A DNA stretch of 13,255 nucleotides, from NCBI GenBank assembly GCA_038889075.1, contig JAWAHS010000021.1, positions 1-13,255 on the forward strand, read 5' to 3'. This stretch comes from Ignisphaera sp. (GTDB lineage Archaea; Thermoproteota; Thermoprotei_A; Sulfolobales; Ignisphaeraceae). Numbering within the stretch: position 1 is the first letter of the stretch; each line of letters opens with the position of its first letter. The translations under genes and the position numbers were made by a program. Shown piece by piece: positions 7,594 to 13,255 of the stretch. The notes under the pieces are model-generated. The model was not told the origin of the DNA and did no database searches. It saw only the letters and a list, made by a program, of their open reading frames with translations.

Positions 7594-8229
7594 CTATATA
7601 TTGAAGAGCTTTCTAGCCAATTCTATGGCTTCACTAAAATTCTCCACTACATGAATGCCGAATACCTCTAGATCCTCATCTAGATAGTCTGTATCGCTCA
7701 CCTTCATATTTACAGAGCCTCTCATTATAATTATAGCATTTGTATTATTGACTATAGCGGCGATCGCATCACCGATTTTGTCACCTATAAATAGTGCAGC
7801 ACTGGGCTCTACATTAAGTCTATTTAAAGCTATTGATAGCTGTACAGCTCTCGTAGGTGCATCCTCCCTAGCAACTAATACGTCTGCACATTTAGTAAGT
7901 CCTACTCTTCTGAGAATTTCTTCAGCAGCCTTTCTACTCTGCATAGTTACAAATCCAACCTTCTTTACATTGCATAGACTAGCTATGTAGCTAGGAGCAT
8001 TATCGAGAATCTTCATATTCTCTACGGCTCTAAGCTCCTCCTCTTCTAATAATCTATGGATATACCAGAATTTCTCTGTCTCATGATACCTTGCAATAAA
8101 GCCTAGAAACGTTTTAACACTACCATTTGAGACACGTCTAACTTCAGACGCTATTCTATCCCAATCTATAGGGAGTATAACCAGAGTACCATCTACATCA
8201 AATATCACTGCCTCTATAGCACCATCCAT
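7594..8229 (-). CDS. HAD-superfamily hydrolase (phosphatase, C1-cap type)
   Basis: Motif I 'IFDVDGTL', motif II 'FVT' and motif IV 'FIGDKIGD'. It starts 7 bp after the ribokinase stop, so the two are probably co-transcribed. Confidence 0.9.
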   Translation of the reverse strand: MDGAIEAVIFDVDGTLVILPIDWDRIASEVRRVSNGSVKTFLGFIARYHETEKFWYIHRLLEEEELRAVENMKILDNAPSYIASLCNVKKVGFVTMQSRKAAEEILRRVGLTKCADVLVAREDAPTRAVQLSIALNRLNVEPSAALFIGDKIGDAIAAIVNNTNAIIIMRGSVNMKVSDTDYLDEDLEVFGIHVVENFSEAIELARKLFNI

Positions 8230-8236
8230 TACGATT

Positions 8237-9184
8237 CTACCCAGTCCTTGTCTCTGCCAAACTGTAGCTCTTTAGAAATTGCACAAGTTCTTCTCTCGAT
8301 GGAGCCGACTGTGCACCCATTCTAGTTATCTTTATAGCTGCAGCAGCATTAGCCATTCTACATGCATCCACAATATCCATACCCTCAGCAATAAACAATG
8401 CAAGGGCTGCACTAAAAACATCCCCAGCACCTGTAGTATCAACGACATTCACCTTATATGCAGGTACGTGAATGGAGCTATGCTCAGATACAACCATGGC
8501 GCCATTGCCACCTAGTGTGGTAACAACGTATTTCACACCCTTTTCAATAAGTATTCTGCTAGCTTTAATAACATCATTGAAGCTCTTCACGGAGACTCCT
8601 GTGAGCATCGATAGTTCAACTCTATTTGGGGTCATCGCATATATATATCTATAGATTTCCTCTGGTAGGGGAGTAGCAGGCGCAGGATTTAGGATAACGC
8701 CGGTCTTATTCTCCCAACCAATTCTAGCGGCATATACAACGGTATCGAGTGGTATCTCCAGTTGAAGAAGCATCGCATTAGATCTCTTTATAATATCTAT
8801 AGCTCTATCTACATCTTCTCTGGAGACCTTGTGATCTGTACCTGGGGCAACAGCTATCATATTCTCACCACTGGTATTGAGTAGAATAAAAGCTATACCT
8901 GTATGCGTTGTATCATCTATTGTGACATAGTCTGTATTTACGCCATTACTCTTTAAAACATCTATAAGCCGTTCTCCAAAAATATCCCTGCCAACCCTAC
9001 CTATAAAGTATGTCTCTGCACCCAACCTTGCAGTTGCAACAGCCTGGTTAGCACCCTTCCCACCAGGTAACATGGTGAATCCATATCCAATTACAGTTTC
9101 ATCCTGTTGTGGAAGTTTTGGCAATCGGATATAGAAATCCATGTGGATGCTTCCTACAACAGATACAACAACCATTTTAATCAC
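8237..9184 (-). CDS. rbsK: Ribokinase (PfkB family carbohydrate kinase)
   Basis: Motifs 'PGGKGANQAVATARLG', 'QLEIP', 'LNPAPA', 'PNRVE' (NxxE), 'VTTLG' and 'VDTTGAGDVF'. GTG start at 9184 or ATG at 9175. The exact substrate is not certain. Confidence 0.9.
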   Translation of the reverse strand: MIKMVVVSVVGSIHMDFYIRLPKLPQQDETVIGYGFTMLPGGKGANQAVATARLGAETYFIGRVGRDIFGERLIDVLKSNGVNTDYVTIDDTTHTGIAFILLNTSGENMIAVAPGTDHKVSREDVDRAIDIIKRSNAMLLQLEIPLDTVVYAARIGWENKTGVILNPAPATPLPEEIYRYIYAMTPNRVELSMLTGVSVKSFNDVIKASRILIEKGVKYVVTTLGGNGAMVVSEHSSIHVPAYKVNVVDTTGAGDVFSAALALFIAEGMDIVDACRMANAAAAIKITRMGAQSAPSREELVQFLKSYSLAETRTG

Positions 9185-9252
9185 ATATAGACTATGAAGT
9201 GCTACAAATTAAAATTTTTGTGAAGCTAAAAACACTATGAAGGTGCATATAT

Positions 9253-11808
9253 GTGAGTGGTATAAGAGGAACCATATTAGCAACTGTACTCATAGTATTA
9301 GCAGCCATCCATATAGCAGATGCTGTATCTATACCAATAATACACGCCTTTCAACGATATGAAGAGCTAATAATAGTATACCCACATGGATACGATATAC
9401 AGAGGTTAAAAGACTTTGGATGTAGTATAGAGAGGGTTTTTGCAAGGCTTGATATGGCATTAGTTGTATGCCCCACCACAGTTCGGGGAGCTATCGAGAA
9501 GCTTGGTGTGGAGGTTACACCAAACTTTAATGTATCAATAGATGTAACGGTGAACAGCTTTAGGTTATATAAATCAGTTAAGCAAATAGATATTGGAGAA
9601 CAGAGGGCACCGCTTGCATGGTCATGGGCAGCATCTAGGGTTGGTGCAGATATTGTTTGGAGATACCTCGGTGTAACGGGTTATGGAGCAACTATAGCCA
9701 TCCTCGATACGGGTATAGATCCAACACATCCACTTCTAGCCCATAAGTTAAGGGGATGGATAGAATTTGATAGAAAGGGCAGACCTGTATGTTCTAGCCC
9801 AAGGGATACGCATGGTCATGGAACATGGGTTGCAAGTATAGCTGCTGGGGGCGATACATCTATGTATATATTTGGTGTTGCACCATATGCTAATATAATA
9901 GTCGCTCTTGTTCTTCCAGGTGGCTACGGTACAGCAGCACAGGTATTGGCAGGATTGGAGTGGAGTCTAGAACCCTATGACTGTAAAGGAGATAGACTTG
10001 GTGTAAAACCTGATGTGGTATCGATGAGTTTTGGGGCAACTGCAAATTATAGTAATGTATTTCTGCAGGCTATAGCTAAACTTATAGAGAATGGCATTAC
10101 CCCTGTAGCAGCTATAGGGAATTCAGGTCCTCACACAACATCTAATCCAGGTAATATCTGGGGTGTTATAGGTGTTGGAGCAACAGATTTTGACAACGAT
10201 ATAGCTTGGTTTAGTAGCTATGAGGATGTTGAGTGGCCCGAACCTCCATTTACATGGCCATTTGGAGGAGGCTATCAAAAGATGTATAGGAAACCGGATG
10301 TAGTCTCACCGGGTGTTGATGTACCTGGTGCTTTCCCTGGTGAGCTACTTGCCATTGGTAGTGGTACAAGTGCTTCTACACCAATAGTTGCAGGTATAGC
10401 TGCTATGGTTAGTAGAATACTTATCTCCAAGGGTTTCAGTGGGGCAAAGCTTGTCGAGGAAGTATATAGTATTATAACATCTACTGCTACACCTATAGAT
10501 GCACCGGGATCCGGATATGGTCTAGTCAATGCATTTAAGGCAGTTTCAAAAGCTCTGGATAGAGCTATTAATACAGTGGAGGTTAGGGTCGAGCCTTCTA
10601 CAGTAACACTACTAGATGAGATGAACATATATGTTAAGGGCATTATAGAGGGGATGGAGATAACGGTGTATATAGCTGGTTCAGAGATCTATAGAGGTAT
10701 ATACAGATCTGGTAAATCAATTGTTGTAAAAGTTCCACCTACACATATAGGTGGAAATGAGGTTATTGTTATCGACCGCGGAGGTATGTACTACGGTGAG
10801 TCACTGGTATGGGTATCACCATCGATATTCATAGCACCACGTAATACAACCATAGGAGGTTTCGTTAATGTAGTAGTTTCAGGGCTTGGAATAGCAGACA
10901 TGATAGCTATATACATAGAGAGCAACATTCTAACACTAGATATAGCTAATTTAAGGGGAAGTTATCTTGGAAGGCTAGCACCACCATACCTATATCCAGG
11001 TACATATACAGTAACATTAGAGGATTTCACAACACCTAGAATAAGACTCTCCACTACAATAGATATAGTTGACGGTAGGAAAGAGAATGTTACGCAGATA
11101 ATCAACAGAACTGAGGTATACAACTATACAAACATAGTTAAACAGTACATAGCTCTACCAATCACTATAAATGCCAAACAGCACTACGTATTCAATACAA
11201 TAGATTACATAGATGTAGCAACAGCCTATCCAAATATAACTATAGCTGGTATAGAACTTAAATCCGTTCACAATAATAGGATATCATATAGTGTGATAAA
11301 CATTACAGAAATATTCAGCAATGTATATAGAATATGGTTTACAGTAAATGCACCGGAATCTATTGATGAGGAAGATGTAATTTTAAGTATAGAGATCCGG
11401 CTAGGAAATACTAGCATCAGCTATCCAGTTCCAATAAAACTTCTAGCTGTAGATCCGATTAAGAAAGATATTGGAGAACTTGAGAGAGAGGTAGGTAGGC
11501 TCAATAGCAGTCTCCTCGCTATAGATGCAAAGACTCTAAATATGTCAAAGAATTTAACAGAGGTACTAGAGAATCTGGAGACTATTAGCGGTAGAGTCTA
11601 CGAGCTCTATACAGATGTTAAAATCATTGAGAGAAATATAACACACTACGGATATACAATCAACTACATAACGAGAAGGATGGCAGATATAGATGATGAC
11701 ATGGAGTTTATAGAGAGGTTTACGTATATAATCCTTGCAATGGCCATTACTTCAACAGCAATTACAGTATTGAGTGCCATATATGTACGGCGGATGTTGA
11801 AAGGCTAG
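9253..11808 (+). CDS. Membrane-anchored subtilisin-like serine protease (peptidase S8) with signal peptide, propeptide, beta-rich C-terminal domains, coiled-coil stalk and C-terminal TM helix
   Basis: The signal peptide ends around ADA. Catalytic elements are Asp 'ILDTGID', His 'HGHGTWVAS', oxyanion Asn 'AAIGNSG', 'KPDVVSPG', Ser 'GTSASTP' and 'GYGLVNA'. C-terminal TM 'YIILAMAITSTAITVLSAIYV' is followed by RR..K. GTG start with SD AGGTG at 9241-9245. Confidence 0.93.
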   Translation: MSGIRGTILATVLIVLAAIHIADAVSIPIIHAFQRYEELIIVYPHGYDIQRLKDFGCSIERVFARLDMALVVCPTTVRGAIEKLGVEVTPNFNVSIDVTVNSFRLYKSVKQIDIGEQRAPLAWSWAASRVGADIVWRYLGVTGYGATIAILDTGIDPTHPLLAHKLRGWIEFDRKGRPVCSSPRDTHGHGTWVASIAAGGDTSMYIFGVAPYANIIVALVLPGGYGTAAQVLAGLEWSLEPYDCKGDRLGVKPDVVSMSFGATANYSNVFLQAIAKLIENGITPVAAIGNSGPHTTSNPGNIWGVIGVGATDFDNDIAWFSSYEDVEWPEPPFTWPFGGGYQKMYRKPDVVSPGVDVPGAFPGELLAIGSGTSASTPIVAGIAAMVSRILISKGFSGAKLVEEVYSIITSTATPIDAPGSGYGLVNAFKAVSKALDRAINTVEVRVEPSTVTLLDEMNIYVKGIIEGMEITVYIAGSEIYRGIYRSGKSIVVKVPPTHIGGNEVIVIDRGGMYYGESLVWVSPSIFIAPRNTTIGGFVNVVVSGLGIADMIAIYIESNILTLDIANLRGSYLGRLAPPYLYPGTYTVTLEDFTTPRIRLSTTIDIVDGRKENVTQIINRTEVYNYTNIVKQYIALPITINAKQHYVFNTIDYIDVATAYPNITIAGIELKSVHNNRISYSVINITEIFSNVYRIWFTVNAPESIDEEDVILSIEIRLGNTSISYPVPIKLLAVDPIKKDIGELEREVGRLNSSLLAIDAKTLNMSKNLTEVLENLETISGRVYELYTDVKIIERNITHYGYTINYITRRMADIDDDMEFIERFTYIILAMAITSTAITVLSAIYVRRMLKG

Positions 11809-12332
11809 TATACATCGCTATTAACGAGTGGTAGTAGTGCCATTAAGACGGCATAGTACACCAGATCGTCACGAAAGACTATGCCTCTAGATAGCAATCC
11901 TATAAAGCCACCTGCATCACCTATCCCTCTAGTGCCGTAGAAATCACTAACAATGTCTTCAAGTTCTTTATACATACCTTTTTTAATGAGTTCTACAAAT
12001 CTGTCTGGGACTCTAAAGGCAGGTGAAAATCCATAGGATATCTTGCCGCTTCTATCAATAATGCAAGCAACATGAATATCGTAAGACAAGTTGCTAACAC
12101 TAAATATTCCAGCTTCTATACCAACGCCATAGATACACATACCATTCTTCTCCAAAGCCCTTAAAGCCCTAACCTCAGCACACTTCATAATTGTATCTAA
12201 GCCAAATGGTTGGGGAGGTAAATCGACTTCAACTTGGTATCCATATACATTAATATCTTTATAGAGTTTTGTAAAAGCTTTTTCAACACCCTTCAATTTA
12301 GATGGATTTCTACTACCAACACATATATCCAA
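11805..12332 (-). CDS. yjjX: Inosine/xanthosine triphosphatase (non-canonical purine NTP phosphatase, YjjX/NTPase_I-T family)
   Basis: Motifs 'VGSRNPSK', 'PQPFG', 'GVGIEAG' and 'GGFIGLLSRG..R'; 175 aa. TTG start preceded by SD AGGTGA. Confidence 0.88.
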   Translation of the reverse strand: MDICVGSRNPSKLKGVEKAFTKLYKDINVYGYQVEVDLPPQPFGLDTIMKCAEVRALRALEKNGMCIYGVGIEAGIFSVSNLSYDIHVACIIDRSGKISYGFSPAFRVPDRFVELIKKGMYKELEDIVSDFYGTRGIGDAGGFIGLLSRGIVFRDDLVYYAVLMALLPLVNSDVY

Positions 12333-12403
12333 GGGCGCTCACCTTAAATATATTGAAGTAGTGGATCTATTTTTATAGATTCTATAACTGAAAGTTCTAT
12401 TCT

Positions 12404-13255
12404 TCATGTTTGGCTGCTCGTTATAGCCGTAACAACACCGGATAAAGTTACTATAAGGGCTATAATTTGATTAGGTGAAGGTACTTCAGCTAGCAGTGGA
12501 ATAGCTAGTACCGTAGCTATAATGGGCTCTGCTAGCGCTATGGATGTTACTATAGAGCTTTTGAAGTACCTTAGCAGATAGTTCATAACAGTATGACCAC
12601 CTATCATGGGTATCACAGCTAGTAGCAGTAGCCATATCCATGAAGATAGAAATTGGTGTAGCATATCATCTCGCACAAAAATGTAATTGTATATAGCTAC
12701 GGTCAGAGCTCCGAAGAAGTACGTGGGAATGGTATAGCTATATACATTGAGAAACTTCCTAGCAATTCTACCAATTTGGAAATACAACGCTGCTAGAATA
12801 GACGCCATGAAGGATTCTAAAATACCTATTACATCAATTTCTGCATTAGTGTATGCATCGCTAAAAAATATAGCTATACCTACAAAGGCTATGGTTACCC
12901 CCACAATCTCTCTACCTCTAGGAATCTCCCTAGATATTATACCCTCTAGTAGAAGCAGATGAATAGGATAGGTAACAACGATGGTGGTGCTAATAGCTAT
13001 GGGGATTCTAAAGAGAGAGTCCATCCACAATATGAAGTGTAAGGCTAGGGCGACACCAGACGGAATGAAGTATCTTAGAAATGAAGGAGTATACAGGGGC
13101 TTTACACCATTTGCAATGGACATGACGAATAGCAACGGAATGGAAAGAAGAAGTCTCCAAAATGCACATGAGATAGCAGAAGCTCCAGAAAGTCTAACAA
13201 GAATAGATGCGGAACCTATGCTAACCATAGCAACAGTAAATAGAGCATATCTTAT
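12404..13255 (-). CDS. DMT superfamily / EamA-like transporter, probably 5'-truncated by the window edge
   Basis: About 10 TM helices in two repeats, with 'SASILVR', 'AFWRL', 'ALHFILW..SL', 'GGHTVMNY.LRY' and 'LAEPIIA'. The frame stays open upstream of ATG 13228 to the window end (IRYALFTVA-M), so the real start likely lies outside the window. Confidence 0.9.
   Translation of the reverse strand: MRYALFTVAMVSIGSASILVRLSGASAISCAFWRLLLSIPLLFVMSIANGVKPLYTPSFLRYFIPSGVALALHFILWMDSLFRIPIAISTTIVVTYPIHLLLLEGIISREIPRGREIVGVTIAFVGIAIFFSDAYTNAEIDVIGILESFMASILAALYFQIGRIARKFLNVYSYTIPTYFFGALTVAIYNYIFVRDDMLHQFLSSWIWLLLLAVIPMIGGHTVMNYLLRYFKSSIVTSIALAEPIIATVLAIPLLAEVPSPNQIIALIVTLSGVVTAITSSQT

Noticed and set aside
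6244-8654. + strand ORFs within aglB, HAD and rbsK (6244..6573, 7118..7324, 7213..7545, 7748..7990, 8279..8515, 8472..8654)
   Set aside because: They lie entirely or almost entirely antisense to conserved genes, with no supporting signals.
12365-12380. Inverted repeat ATCTAT-TTTT-ATAGAT between the DMT gene and yjjX
   Set aside because: It is short and AT-rich and coincides with a TATA-like element, so it cannot be distinguished from an ordinary promoter or chance.
10275-12962. ORFs 10275..10643 (-) and 12747..12962 (+)
   Set aside because: They are antisense to the S8 protease and DMT genes.
1-13255. CRISPR arrays, tRNA/rRNA genes, transposases/integrases, inteins
   Set aside because: I saw no regularly spaced repeats, GC-rich structured RNA islands or corresponding protein motifs.

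Overview
This is a gene-dense, AT-rich archaeal window. GGTG-type Shine-Dalgarno motifs, TTG/GTG starts, TATA-like boxes and an AglB/STT3 gene point to a hyperthermophilic crenarchaeon (Thermoprotei, plausibly Desulfurococcales); this placement is inference. There are ten credible CDSs: a MATE efflux transporter, a membrane-anchored beta-propeller protein, a wHTH regulator with two C-terminal TM helices, a small C2H2-like zinc-finger protein with an acidic tail, an AglB/STT3 oligosaccharyltransferase, a HAD hydrolase, a ribokinase-family kinase, a membrane-anchored S8 protease, a YjjX-type ITP/XTP phosphatase and a DMT/EamA transporter truncated by the window edge. I found no RNA genes, CRISPR arrays or mobile elements. 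The three strongest leads are: (i) a divergent pair of membrane-tethered regulator and surface beta-propeller protein with a perfect 12-bp palindrome between their promoters, a candidate envelope-sensing one-component system; (ii) an AglB whose acceptor-binding motifs are intact while several canonical catalytic residues appear substituted; (iii) a sequon-rich subtilase on a 12-heptad coiled-coil stalk, with Ala instead of Met after the catalytic Ser. All motif assignments were made by eye without alignments or database searches.
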